Part shown: one piece after another, positions 20,406 to 30,266 of the stretch
How the letters are laid out: each line of letters starts with the position of its first letter
How positions within the stretch are numbered: the stretch's first letter is position 1
NCBI GenBank assembly: GCA_002084705.1
Contig: NBLX01000005.1
Span: forward strand, 3,695 to 67,694
Origin: Desulfobacteraceae bacterium 4572_35.1
GTDB taxonomy: Bacteria > Desulfobacterota > Desulfuromonadia > Desulfuromonadales > Desulfuromonadaceae
Reading direction: 5' to 3'
DNA length: 64,000 bases
Notes under the pieces: model-generated
Told to the model about the DNA's origin: nothing
Databases searched by the model: none
The model's input: the letters and a program-made list of their open reading frames with translations, nothing else
Position numbers and translations under genes: made by a program

Positions 20406-21239
20406 ATGGTCGTGAACATAATGTTGTTTAAGCTGACATTGTTGCTGTATGGGATTACTACGCTGCTGTATATGGTTAGTGTGGTGGTAAATAAACCAAA
20501 TGGTGATAATTGGGCACGCAGGGTGTTAGTGGTAGCGTTTGCAGGTCATACGCTAACGCTTATTATGCGCTTTTACGAAGCTGGTTACACGCCGGTAACT
20601 AATTTACATGAATCGTTGTCGTTTTTTGCCTGGACACTGGCAGGTACTTTTTTGGTGATCGATCGCCGCTTGCGTATGGCGGTACTGGCGGCAACTACCA
20701 GCACTATTGTTCTGATATTGATGTTGTTTGGTAGCTTGATGCCCATGGGGATTCAGTCCCTTAATCCGGCTTTGGACAGCTTGTGGTTGCCTATTCATAT
20801 TGGGTTGGCTTTTTTGGGCAATGCGGTATTTACCGTTGCCTTTGTTGCCGGGGTTTTTTATTTGTTGCAAGAACGGATGTTGAAAAGTAAGAATTTTTCT
20901 GCCTTGTACCATCGTCTGCCATCTTTAGATACTCTCGACAATATCAACTATCGCTGCCTCACTTTGGGTTTTCCGTTGATGACAATGGGCATTGTCTCGG
21001 GTGCGGTGTGGGCTGAAAGTGCTTGGGGAACCTACTGGAGTTGGGATCCGAAAGAAACTTGGGCTTTAATTACCTGGTTTTTGTATGCGGCATTATTGCA
21101 TGGGCGTTTAACTACGGGCTGGCGTGGACGGCGGGCAGCGATCCTGGCAATTGTCGGCTTTGTGTTTTTGTTATTTACTTTCCTTGGGGTTAACCTGTTA
21201 TTGCCTGGCTTGCATAGTTATAGCTCCATGACGGGCTAG
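20406..21239 (+). CDS. ccsB: Cytochrome c biogenesis CcsA/CcsB-family (HemX-like) membrane protein
   Basis: WWD motif WAESAWGTYWSWDPKETW; C-terminal GLHSY. Confidence 0.88.
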   Translation: MVVNIMLFKLTLLLYGITTLLYMVSVVVNKPNGDNWARRVLVVAFAGHTLTLIMRFYEAGYTPVTNLHESLSFFAWTLAGTFLVIDRRLRMAVLAATTSTIVLILMLFGSLMPMGIQSLNPALDSLWLPIHIGLAFLGNAVFTVAFVAGVFYLLQERMLKSKNFSALYHRLPSLDTLDNINYRCLTLGFPLMTMGIVSGAVWAESAWGTYWSWDPKETWALITWFLYAALLHGRLTTGWRGRRAAILAIVGFVFLLFTFLGVNLLLPGLHSYSSMTG

Positions 21240-21305
21240 GCTGTGGTATTTACAGGTATTTATCTTGAACTGCATTAAATAGCGAGTTTCTCGCGGATTT
21301 TAAAT

Positions 21306-22610
21306 ATGGATATTATTGTTGTTGGATTAAGTCATAAAACTGCACCGGTGGCGGTGCGCGAAACGGTGGCCTTTGCTCCCGAAAATATGCAACAGCCGCT
21401 GGAGCAAATATGCGAGTTGCCGGATGTAGCTGAAGCTGTAATTGTTTCCACCTGCAATAGAGTTGAGTTGTATGCAGCTACCAATGCGACAGATGCCGCA
21501 CTGGCACAGCTGAAACAGTTTCTTGCGGACTATCATAACCTCGATTTTGCTCAACTGGAAAAACATCTGTATACCAAGCATGGTGAAGAGGCTATTCGCC
21601 ACGTTTTTGAGGTGGCATCAAGCCTTGACTCAATGGTGATCGGTGAACCGCAAATCTTGGGTCAAATTAAGACTGCCTATGGCTATGCGGCTGAATTCAA
21701 GAGTGTCGGCTTGATCTTGAACCGATTTTTGCACAAAGCTTTTTCGGTGGCTAAGCGGGTGCGCACCGAAACCAACATCGCTGGTAACGCGGTGTCGGTA
21801 TCTTTTGCCGCTGTTGAGTTAGCGCGTAAAATATTTGGTAGCGTCGAGGGTAAGACGGTTATGTTGGTTGGTGCTGGCGAGATGTGTGAGTTGGCAGCCA
21901 AACATTTTATTAACAATGGTGTAAATCGAGTATTGGTTACCAATCGCACCTTTGCTCGGGCAGAAAAACTGGCAAATGAGTTTTCCGGTCATCCTGTTTT
22001 ATTTGAAAATTTCAAAGATCAACTCCATCAAGCGGATATCGTGCTGTCCTCAACAGGAGCCTCCAATTTTATTGTTGGGGTTGAGCAGGTAACCAGCGCT
22101 CTGCGTCTACGCAAAAACCGACCAATGTTTTTTATTGATATTGCCGTACCACGTGATATTGATCCTCGCGTTAATGATATTAACAATGTTTACCTTTATG
22201 ATGTTGATGATTTGCAGGGGGTGGTTAATGCTAACCTTAAAGAGCGGCATAAAGAGGCTGCGTCAGCCCATCTGATTATTGAATATGAGATTGGCCAATT
22301 TCAGAGCTGGATGGCTGGATTAGACGTGGTACCTACCATTGTTTCTCTGCGTCGCAAGGTTGATGAGTTGCGTCAACAGGAACTTGATAAAACTTTCAGT
22401 CAGCTGAAACATTTAAATGAAGATGATCGTAAAGCGATTATTGCCATGAGTTCGGCACTGATGAATAAGATATTACATCCTCCTACTAAGGTATTGAAAT
22501 TGGCACAAAAGGATGATGGCGCTCAGCAGTATGTTGATGCCCTGCAGCGGTTGTTTGAGCTGGAGATTGATGCTCCAGAAGGGAAACTCAAAGATGTTGA
22601 GAGCGTTTAG
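21306..22610 (+). CDS. hemA: Glutamyl-tRNA reductase
   Basis: [30 protein letters not shown]. Confidence 0.97.
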   Translation: MDIIVVGLSHKTAPVAVRETVAFAPENMQQPLEQICELPDVAEAVIVSTCNRVELYAATNATDAALAQLKQFLADYHNLDFAQLEKHLYTKHGEEAIRHVFEVASSLDSMVIGEPQILGQIKTAYGYAAEFKSVGLILNRFLHKAFSVAKRVRTETNIAGNAVSVSFAAVELARKIFGSVEGKTVMLVGAGEMCELAAKHFINNGVNRVLVTNRTFARAEKLANEFSGHPVLFENFKDQLHQADIVLSSTGASNFIVGVEQVTSALRLRKNRPMFFIDIAVPRDIDPRVNDINNVYLYDVDDLQGVVNANLKERHKEAASAHLIIEYEIGQFQSWMAGLDVVPTIVSLRRKVDELRQQELDKTFSQLKHLNEDDRKAIIAMSSALMNKILHPPTKVLKLAQKDDGAQQYVDALQRLFELEIDAPEGKLKDVESV

Positions 22611-22616
22611 CCGGTG

Positions 22617-23417
22617 ATGGCGTATGGAGTAGAAGATGCGCTGGCAGGGAAGAGAATACTGGTGACAAGGGCTGCGCATCAGTGTGCTTCTTTTGTGCGC
22701 TTGTTACACGAACGTGGTGCAACAACCGAGGCTGTGCCTTTGTTGGAAATTGTGCCACCATCCAGTTGGGAACCCCTTGATAGGGCATTAACTAACTTAG
22801 CTCAGTATCAATATATTATTCTCACTTCGGTAAATGCTGTTACTGCTGTTCATCAGCGTCTGCAATATTTGGGCAGGACGGATATCTTGACGGCTGCATC
22901 GACGCAGACAAAACCGAAGTGGGTATGCGTCGGTCCGAAAACTGCGCAGGCGCTGCAAAAACTTGGTCCCAGCAATGATCTGCAACCAGAAAGCTACCGC
23001 GCTGAAGCGGTGGTTGAGCTATTGCTTAAACGCCATGTGGCTGGTAACCGCATCCTTTATCCACGTGCGGGGTTGGCTCGCGATATTATACCGACGCAAT
23101 TACAGGCTGCTGGTGCTATTGTGGATGATCCCATTGCGTACGATACCTTGCCTGCTGTTGCCGGTAAAGATCGCATTGTCGAACTGGTGCGTAGACATCA
23201 GGTGGATGTGATAACATTCACTTCATCGTCGAGCGTGGAGAATTTTATTGCCGCTCTTGGACCAGGGGCGCAGCACCTGGTCGCCGATACTGTGCTGGCG
23301 TCAATTGGACCGCTGACCACTGCAACGGCACAGCGGCTGGGGTTAACCGTGGCTGTTGAGGCTCAGGAATATACCCTTGAGGGGCTGGTTACGGCGTTGG
23401 TCAATTATTATAATTGA
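22617..23417 (+). CDS. hemD: Uroporphyrinogen-III synthase (stand-alone)
   Basis: ILVTRA, LTSVNAV, FTSSSSV, SIGPLT. Confidence 0.9.
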   Translation: MAYGVEDALAGKRILVTRAAHQCASFVRLLHERGATTEAVPLLEIVPPSSWEPLDRALTNLAQYQYIILTSVNAVTAVHQRLQYLGRTDILTAASTQTKPKWVCVGPKTAQALQKLGPSNDLQPESYRAEAVVELLLKRHVAGNRILYPRAGLARDIIPTQLQAAGAIVDDPIAYDTLPAVAGKDRIVELVRRHQVDVITFTSSSSVENFIAALGPGAQHLVADTVLASIGPLTTATAQRLGLTVAVEAQEYTLEGLVTALVNYYN

Positions 23418-23491
23418 TAACAGTGCCTTGAAAATATTACTTGCTTGCCAATTTAGCCCAAAGACTGCTTAAAATCAAAAAGGAGACCGCC

Positions 23492-24466
23492 ATGTTTTTT
23501 CCAGAATATCGTGCTCGGCGTATGCGGCGCAACGATAATATCCGCCGTATGGTGCGAGAAACTTTTTTACGGGTAGATGATCTGATTTATCCAATGTTCA
23601 GCGCCTTTGGTGAAAATATAAAAAAAGAGATTCCATCCATGCCGGGGATCTATCAGCAGTCGATAAATAATATAGTTGCTGAGGCGCAGGAGGTTTATGA
23701 CCTCGGTATTCCAGCGGTCATTCTGTTTGGTATCCCTGAGTACAAGGACAGCATGGGCAGCGATGCTTACTGCGATACCGGTATTATTCAGGAGACGATT
23801 CGTGCCATTAAAAAGCAGGTGCCCGGTTTGACCATCATCACCGATGTGTGTATGTGTGAATATACCGATCATGGCCATTGTGGTGTGATAAAAGGGGAGG
23901 ATGTGGACAACGACGAGACGTTGAAGTTGTTGAGGGCGGAAGCTCTTTCCCATGTTCAGGCAGGAGCGGATATCGTTGCTCCCAGCGATATGATGGATGG
24001 GCGTATCGCGGCCATTCGTGAAGAGCTTGATGAAAATGATTTCTCCCATATTCCCATCATGAGTTATTCGGTTAAGTATGCCAGCGCCTATTATGGCCCA
24101 TTTCGCGATGCCGCCGATTCTACCCCTCAGTTTGGTGACCGGCGCAGCTATCAGATGGATCCGGCTAACCGTCTGGAGGCTTTCCGTGAGGCGGCGCTGG
24201 ATGTTGTCGAGTGTGCCGATTTCCTCATGGTGAAGCCTGCATTGGCGTATCTGGATATTCTGCGCGACATCAAAGAGCGTTTCGACCTACCTTTGGTTGC
24301 TTACAACGTTTCTGGTGAGTACTCCATGGTAAAGGCTGCGGCAGAAAAAGGCTGGATCGATTATGACCGGGTGATGATGGAGACTTTGACGGGGATGAAA
24401 CGAGCCGGTGCTGATTTGGTTATCACCTACCATGCGAAAGATGCGGCGAGAATTCTTAACGGCTGA
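23492..24466 (+). CDS. hemB: Porphobilinogen synthase
   Basis: [30 protein letters not shown]; RBS AGGAG. Confidence 0.97.
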   Translation: MFFPEYRARRMRRNDNIRRMVRETFLRVDDLIYPMFSAFGENIKKEIPSMPGIYQQSINNIVAEAQEVYDLGIPAVILFGIPEYKDSMGSDAYCDTGIIQETIRAIKKQVPGLTIITDVCMCEYTDHGHCGVIKGEDVDNDETLKLLRAEALSHVQAGADIVAPSDMMDGRIAAIREELDENDFSHIPIMSYSVKYASAYYGPFRDAADSTPQFGDRRSYQMDPANRLEAFREAALDVVECADFLMVKPALAYLDILRDIKERFDLPLVAYNVSGEYSMVKAAAEKGWIDYDRVMMETLTGMKRAGADLVITYHAKDAARILNG

Positions 24467-24586
24467 TTTAAAATCGGCGGTGACAGGTAGAAGTTAATAA
24501 TCAATGTTTTGCTGGTTTTAACCAATTGCTACGTTCTCAGGAATGAACGTTGTAAAATTTTTTACAATCGGAGATTAAAAGAAACA

Positions 24587-25879
24587 ATGAAAGACTTTTT
24601 TGAACTTGAGAAGCGTGGCACAACCGTTAAGCGTGAGTTTGTCGGTGGACTGACAACTTTCCTGACTATGGCCTATATCGTATTTGTAAATCCTGATATT
24701 CTATCTCAAACGGGTATGGATAAAGGAGCCTTGATAACGGCGACATGTTTGGCTGGCGCTATCGGAACCTTGATTGTGGCGCTTTGGGTTAAGGCACCCA
24801 TGGCTATGGCTCCGGGGATGGGATTGAATGCATTTTTTACCTACTCGCTGGTTCTTCCACACGAGAATGTAACTTGGGAGATGGCTTTAGGCGTCGTATT
24901 TCTCTCAGGTATTTTCTTCCTGTTTCTTACAATTTCAAAAATTCGTCAAAAAATAATTAATGCAATTCCCGATTCGTTGCGTCTCGCAGTTGGTGCCGGT
25001 ATTGGTTTGTTTATCACTTTTATCGGTATGAAGAACATGGGTCTTATTACGGCGCATCCTGCAACTCTGGTCACCCTCGGGGAGTTTACTCAGCCTGTAG
25101 TGCTTGGGCTTGTTGGACTGATAGTTATTGTTGTTCTTGAAACATATAAGGTGCGTGGTTCGTTACTGATAGGGATAGTAACAACTTATGTTCTGGGGCT
25201 GACTTTTGGTGAAATTTCACTGTCCGGCTCTTTAATGTCCATGCCGCCGTCACTGTCACCAATTGCTTTTAAACTCGATATATTAGGTGCATTGCAGTTG
25301 TCTCTTGTCGGTGCAATTTTTTCTTTTATGTTTGTGGATCTGTTTGATTCTGTTGGCACCATAGTGGCGTGTTCGTATCAAGCTGATATGGTAGAAAAAG
25401 ATGGCAGCATACAAAAAATAGATAAAATGCTTGAAGCAGATGCTATCGCCACTGTGGCTGGTTCACTGTTGGGGACTAGCACAACGACCACCTATGTGGA
25501 GTCTGCTTCGGGAATCGCCGATGGGGCGCGAACTGGCTTGGCCTCTCTTTTTACGGCACTGTTTTTTATCTGTGCACTGTTCTTTGCGCCGTTTATTGGT
25601 TCGGTACCCTCTTTTGCCACCTCTCCAGCGCTTATAGTTGTTGGTGCTTTTATGTTCCGCCTAGTTCGGCAAATTGACATTGCCAACTTTGAGGTTGCTA
25701 TCCCAACATTTTTAACTATCATAATGATGCCACTGACCTACAGTATCTCTAATGGTATTTCGATGGGTTTTCTCGCACATATTGTAGTGAGTGTTGCTGG
25801 GGGCAAGGTTAAGACGATTAGTCCGATCCTGTGGATTGTCGCCGCTCTCTCTTTACTCAATTTGCTGTATGGAGTCTAA
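24587..25879 (+). CDS. NCS2/AzgA-family purine permease
   Basis: TTFLTMAYI, APGMGLNAFF, YVESASG..GARTG. Confidence 0.92.
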   Translation: MKDFFELEKRGTTVKREFVGGLTTFLTMAYIVFVNPDILSQTGMDKGALITATCLAGAIGTLIVALWVKAPMAMAPGMGLNAFFTYSLVLPHENVTWEMALGVVFLSGIFFLFLTISKIRQKIINAIPDSLRLAVGAGIGLFITFIGMKNMGLITAHPATLVTLGEFTQPVVLGLVGLIVIVVLETYKVRGSLLIGIVTTYVLGLTFGEISLSGSLMSMPPSLSPIAFKLDILGALQLSLVGAIFSFMFVDLFDSVGTIVACSYQADMVEKDGSIQKIDKMLEADAIATVAGSLLGTSTTTTYVESASGIADGARTGLASLFTALFFICALFFAPFIGSVPSFATSPALIVVGAFMFRLVRQIDIANFEVAIPTFLTIIMMPLTYSISNGISMGFLAHIVVSVAGGKVKTISPILWIVAALSLLNLLYGV

Positions 25880-25942
25880 AGCTGTATAAACTTGCTCGCA
25901 AAATTTTATGCTATGATAACCAGTAATTTACAAGGTGCTAAC

Positions 25943-26464
25943 ATGAATTACAAAGAATTGATTGGAAAAGATGCGATTGCCCAGCGTATAGCTGAGATGG
26001 GACAGGAGATAAGTGCGCACTATAATAAGGTTGGCGGTGATCTTCTTGTCGTTGGTCTTTTGCGTGGTTCATTTATTTTTATGGCCGATCTGGTGCGAGC
26101 TATCGATTATGATCACGAGATAGATTTCATGACTGTTTCATCTTATGGCAACAACACGACCAGTAGTGGTGACGTAAAAATTGTTATGGACCTGAATAAG
26201 ACCATTGATGGAAAGCATTTGTTGCTGGTTGAAGATATTGTTGATACGGGGAACACCTTTCATAATGTTATTAATCTGTTGAAACTGCGCCAGCCAGCTT
26301 CTATTAGTGTAGCGACAATGTTAAATAAGCCGTCTCGACGTGAAAAAGAGATCCCCATAGATTTCTGTGGCTTTGATATCCCCGATGAGTTTGTTTTTGG
26401 GATGGGTCTTGATTTTGAACAAAAACTACGCAATCTCCCTTATATAGCAGTTAAATGTGATTAG
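25943..26464 (+). CDS. hpt: Hypoxanthine phosphoribosyltransferase
   Basis: LLRGSFIFMADL, LVEDIVDTG, RNLPYI. Confidence 0.95.
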   Translation: MNYKELIGKDAIAQRIAEMGQEISAHYNKVGGDLLVVGLLRGSFIFMADLVRAIDYDHEIDFMTVSSYGNNTTSSGDVKIVMDLNKTIDGKHLLLVEDIVDTGNTFHNVINLLKLRQPASISVATMLNKPSRREKEIPIDFCGFDIPDEFVFGMGLDFEQKLRNLPYIAVKCD

Positions 26465-26517
26465 TTTAACTTCGCCAGCGCGGTGGGTTAAATAATTAAT
26501 ATATTTACAGGTGTAAT

Positions 26518-27153
26518 GTGATAATAAAATCGACCAGTTTTGTAAAAAGTGCTACACGGCCAAGTAACTATCCGGAATCTGGTCGCCTTGAAATTGCCTT
26601 TGCAGGGCGCAGTAATGTGGGCAAAAGTTCATTGCTCAATGTGTTGATTAATCGCAAAAATCTGGTGCGTACCTCATCAACTCCGGGGCGTACGCAGCTT
26701 ATAAATTTCTTTGATCTCAATGGTGAATTGACGCTGGTTGATTTGCCTGGCTACGGTTTTGCTAAAGTGCCGTTGGCGGTTAAAAAGCAGTGGGGGCCGA
26801 TGATACGTACCTATCTGCACTCCAGAACAACGTTGGCCGCAGTGGTGATGCTATTTGATGTACGTCGGGTGCCGCGTGAGGAAGATCTGCAGCTGCTCGA
26901 TTGGCTGGAAGAATTTTCTGTGCCCACAATTCCTGTTATTACTAAAATAGATAAAGTGAGTCGTATAAAACGGCATAAGCAAATTCAGCCTATAGCTGAT
27001 GCTACCGGATTGCCCCTTGAGGCCTTTACCCTGTTTTCAGCATTAACTAAAGAGGGGCGCGATGAAGTGTGGGAACGTCTTGATGTGGCTATCGAAGAGA
27101 TGGCTGAAGAAATGGGTGCGGAATTGAGCGCAGATCTTGACGCTGAAAGTTGA
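26518..27153 (+). CDS. engB: Ribosome biogenesis GTPase YihA/EngB
   Basis: [19 protein letters not shown]. Confidence 0.95.
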   Translation: MIIKSTSFVKSATRPSNYPESGRLEIAFAGRSNVGKSSLLNVLINRKNLVRTSSTPGRTQLINFFDLNGELTLVDLPGYGFAKVPLAVKKQWGPMIRTYLHSRTTLAAVVMLFDVRRVPREEDLQLLDWLEEFSVPTIPVITKIDKVSRIKRHKQIQPIADATGLPLEAFTLFSALTKEGRDEVWERLDVAIEEMAEEMGAELSADLDAES

Positions 27154-27251
27154 AATGGTTAGAGTGAAAATTGATGCACGAGAAGATTGTACGGTTTGAC
27201 TGCCTGTTTATTGGGTGTTGTGATATCTGAAAAAGAAAAGGGGTAGACTTT

Positions 27252-28484
27252 ATGGGCGTCGTCTATGTCGTGGGAGCTGGGGTAGAAGGGCAGGAAGGGT
27301 TTGGTGCTCGCGCTTTGAGCTTGGTACAACAGGCTCAGGTCTTGTACGGGTCACCGCGACTGCTGGAGCTGTTCCCAAAGTTGTTGGCACGCAAGGTGGT
27401 GCTCCACGATCACGATGATCTGTCGGAGTTGCTTCAGGAGAGCAATCGCGGTGATGACGAGGTTGCGGTGCTGTTGACTTCCGGCGATCCATTGTTTTTC
27501 AGTATTGGTCGTAGCTTGCTGCGCAATTTGCCCAAGGACAAACTAGAGTTTGTCCCCAACGTTAGCTCTGTACAGTTTGCCTTTGCCAGAATTAAAGAAC
27601 CTTGGGACGATGCGGTCTTTGTCTCTACTCAAGGACGCACCTTGACAGATATCGTTGATCGGATTGTGGCCAATAACAAAGCAGCTATCCTTACCGATAC
27701 GCAACATACTCCAGCTGCAATTGCCTCCGAACTGCTGCGTCGTGGTCGTGATGGTTACACTGTTTATTTGTGTGAAGAGCTTGGTGGTAGTAACGAGCAC
27801 ATTGTTCAAACCTCGGTACAAAAGTTGCCGCAGTTAACAACCGCTGGATTGAATGTACTGATCTTTATCAAGAGCTACGAGGGTGATAACGTGAGTTTTC
27901 AGCGTGGCTTTGGTATTGATGATGGGGAATTCAATACCCTGAAAAAGCAGATGACCGGCGAGGAAGCGCGAGTGGTGGCGCTGGCTAAATTGCGATTGCA
28001 GCGCAACATGATTTTATGGGATATCGGGGCTGGATCAGGTTCAGTAAGTATTGAAGCCGATTATTTGCTCCCCGAAGGGCGGATCTTTGCCATCGAACGC
28101 AATGCTGAGTATATGAGAGCTCTACAACAGAATTTGAACAAGTTTAAGTCGCGCAATGTTCGGGTTGTTGAGGGGGAGGCTCCGAGTTGTTTTGAAGATA
28201 TTCCCGACCCGGACAGGGTTTTTATCGGTGGTAGCGGTGGTAACCTGTGGGAAATTCTTGAAGAGGTCGATGCTCGCCTCGCAGCATCAGGGCGTGTGGT
28301 GGTAACGGCGGTCACTCTTGATACTCTGGTTTCGGCGACAGACTATTTCGAGAATGCCGGTTATGGTGTCGATGTTGTAGCTCTAAATGTTGCGAGAACA
28401 AACGCCGGTACCGACTATAAGCTGTTTGAGGCATGTAACCCGGTGTATATAATTGTAGCCAGTAAAGATTCAGGTTTAGGATAA
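27252..28484 (+). CDS. cbiET: Precorrin-6Y C5,15-methyltransferase (CbiE+CbiT fusion)
   Basis: SGDPLFFSIG; WDIGAGSGSVSIE; PDRVFIGGSGG. Confidence 0.92.
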   Translation: MGVVYVVGAGVEGQEGFGARALSLVQQAQVLYGSPRLLELFPKLLARKVVLHDHDDLSELLQESNRGDDEVAVLLTSGDPLFFSIGRSLLRNLPKDKLEFVPNVSSVQFAFARIKEPWDDAVFVSTQGRTLTDIVDRIVANNKAAILTDTQHTPAAIASELLRRGRDGYTVYLCEELGGSNEHIVQTSVQKLPQLTTAGLNVLIFIKSYEGDNVSFQRGFGIDDGEFNTLKKQMTGEEARVVALAKLRLQRNMILWDIGAGSGSVSIEADYLLPEGRIFAIERNAEYMRALQQNLNKFKSRNVRVVEGEAPSCFEDIPDPDRVFIGGSGGNLWEILEEVDARLAASGRVVVTAVTLDTLVSATDYFENAGYGVDVVALNVARTNAGTDYKLFEACNPVYIIVASKDSGLG

Positions 28485-28556
28485 CAGATGCTAAATTTAG
28501 TATCTGTGGCTACCGAATAGCAGTATATTTGCCTTGGCGAAACTGAGGGAGTTAAA

Positions 28557-28901
28557 ATGGAATTAGACGATCGTCGTGGTAGTGAGCGTTTTGCGACTCT
28601 GAATTTTGTTCATTATGTCTTGGATGGTTGCAGTGAAGGTGATATCGAAGATATGGGGCGCACTATAGATGCAAGTGAGCGCGGTTTGCTCATCCAAACA
28701 AGTGATCCATTGCCTGTTGGTCAGAGAGTATCCTTGAGCATTGGCTTGGGTGATAATATTGCCGATTTAAGTGGCGAGATCGTCCACTGTGTTGATGATG
28801 AGGATGGGTTGTGCCGCAGTGGTATTGAATTTGACCCCCTTGATGCTCAGCAGCTTAGTAAGTTGAGAACGTATCTTGCCGCTTTTGCGGCGAGCAGATA
28901 A
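28557..28901 (+). CDS. Stand-alone PilZ-domain protein
   Basis: RRGSER and DASERG (RxxxR / DxSxxG). Confidence 0.85.
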   Translation: MELDDRRGSERFATLNFVHYVLDGCSEGDIEDMGRTIDASERGLLIQTSDPLPVGQRVSLSIGLGDNIADLSGEIVHCVDDEDGLCRSGIEFDPLDAQQLSKLRTYLAAFAASR

Positions 28902-28921
28902 GAAACGTATTTAATAATTAA

Positions 28922-29884
28922 ATGTTGCCTTGGCCGGTTGATACTGTACCATTGATGTTGGCTCCTATGCAGGGTGTGACTAACCGTGCCATGCGTCAGG
29001 TGCAGGTACAGATTGGTCAGCCTGATCTGGTGTTTACCGAGTTTGTCAGGGTACGTCAAGCTACACATCATCGCATCTCCCGTAGTGATCGTCGCGAATC
29101 CGCGGCACAAATTCCAGTACATTCATCATTGCCAGCACCGCCACCGTTGGTGGTGCAGCTTATTGGCCACACATCCACAGCACTGGCTGAGGCCGCTCAG
29201 CTGGTTCAAGATCAGGGTGTTCAACACGTCAACCTAAATATGGGTTGCCCCTTTGGTCGCACTACTTCAGGTAAGACCGGTGGTTCCATGTTATTAGAGC
29301 CGGAGTTGATTCCTGAGTGTGTATTCGCTATTCGCCACGTGTTCAGTGGCACTTTTTCAATAAAAATACGAGCTGGATATGCAGATCATGAGCAGATATT
29401 TGGGTTGTTGCCCATTTTTGCTGATGCTGGTGTCGATTTCCTGATACTTCATCCGCGCACAGTAGAACAAAAATACACTGGTCGGGCTGATCATGAAATA
29501 ACCAGGCGTGTTGTTGCCGTCAGTAAAATTCCGATAATAGCTAACGGTGATGTGGTGTGTGCAGAACAGGGTCGACAACTGCTAAAAAGAAGTGGAGCCG
29601 CTGGTTTGATGTTGGGGCGTGGGGCTATAGCGGATCCATTATTGTTTCAGCGCATTCGTGGTCTGGCACCAGCGACGGTAAGTGCTGAGCAGTTTAAGCG
29701 GGATACTTGTACTTATTTGGAGCAGGTGCTTGCAGCTTATCGGGAGTTGTTTTGTGGTGATCAACAGGTGCTTGGCAAGTTGAAGGCAGTTGTGGCGTGT
29801 ATGGAAGATCAACGATTGCAGCAGTGGCTAAGACGGTTACGGCGTAGTCGTAACCTTGATGCATTTGCTGCAGAAATTAAATAA
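28922..29884 (+). CDS. tRNA-dihydrouridine synthase family protein
   Basis: LAPMQG, NLNMGCP, HPRT, IANGD, GRGAIADP. Confidence 0.9.
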   Translation: MLPWPVDTVPLMLAPMQGVTNRAMRQVQVQIGQPDLVFTEFVRVRQATHHRISRSDRRESAAQIPVHSSLPAPPPLVVQLIGHTSTALAEAAQLVQDQGVQHVNLNMGCPFGRTTSGKTGGSMLLEPELIPECVFAIRHVFSGTFSIKIRAGYADHEQIFGLLPIFADAGVDFLILHPRTVEQKYTGRADHEITRRVVAVSKIPIIANGDVVCAEQGRQLLKRSGAAGLMLGRGAIADPLLFQRIRGLAPATVSAEQFKRDTCTYLEQVLAAYRELFCGDQQVLGKLKAVVACMEDQRLQQWLRRLRRSRNLDAFAAEIK

Positions 29885-29908
29885 GATGGTGTTGGCAAAA
29901 AATTCTAC

Positions 29909-30014
29909 TTAGCGACCTAGCCTGCGGACGAATTTTCATAGAGTAACTGTGGAGGGGCTTTGACCGCGAAGCTCTTGACTGTACGAATAAATCGCGGCTA
30001 AAAGTCGCTCCCAT
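29909..30014. repeat. REPIN-like dispersed repeat, copy 2
   Basis: TGTGGAGGGGCTTTGACCGCGA...TCGCGGCTAAAAGTCGCTCCCA; shares blocks with the reverse complement of 6992-7099. Confidence 0.75.
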
Positions 30015-30104
30015 ATAGAATGCTAGTAATGCTTACCTGCTTTGCGATGCAAGATGGTAGCGCAGAAAATTGATTTAAGTTGCTCAGAAGAGTGTCCACA
30101 ATAT

Positions 30105-30188
30105 AGTATGAAAAATATATACATTGCTCAGTTGACTTTCCCCTTTTAATCGTGTTAGCTACTGAAGGCTGTATATTTTCTCTATACA
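30105..30188. promoter_or_regulatory. Pair of 19-bp palindromic operators upstream of the cbcL-like gene
   Basis: AGTATG-N7-TATACA (30105-30123) and TGTATA-N7-TATACA (30170-30188). Confidence 0.6.
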
Positions 30189-30266
30189 ATGGGGGTTGGT
30201 TAAGTATTGTATGTTGTCGTATGGGTAGCTACAAGCTTGGTTCTTAGCGGAAGTGAGGAGTTTTAA

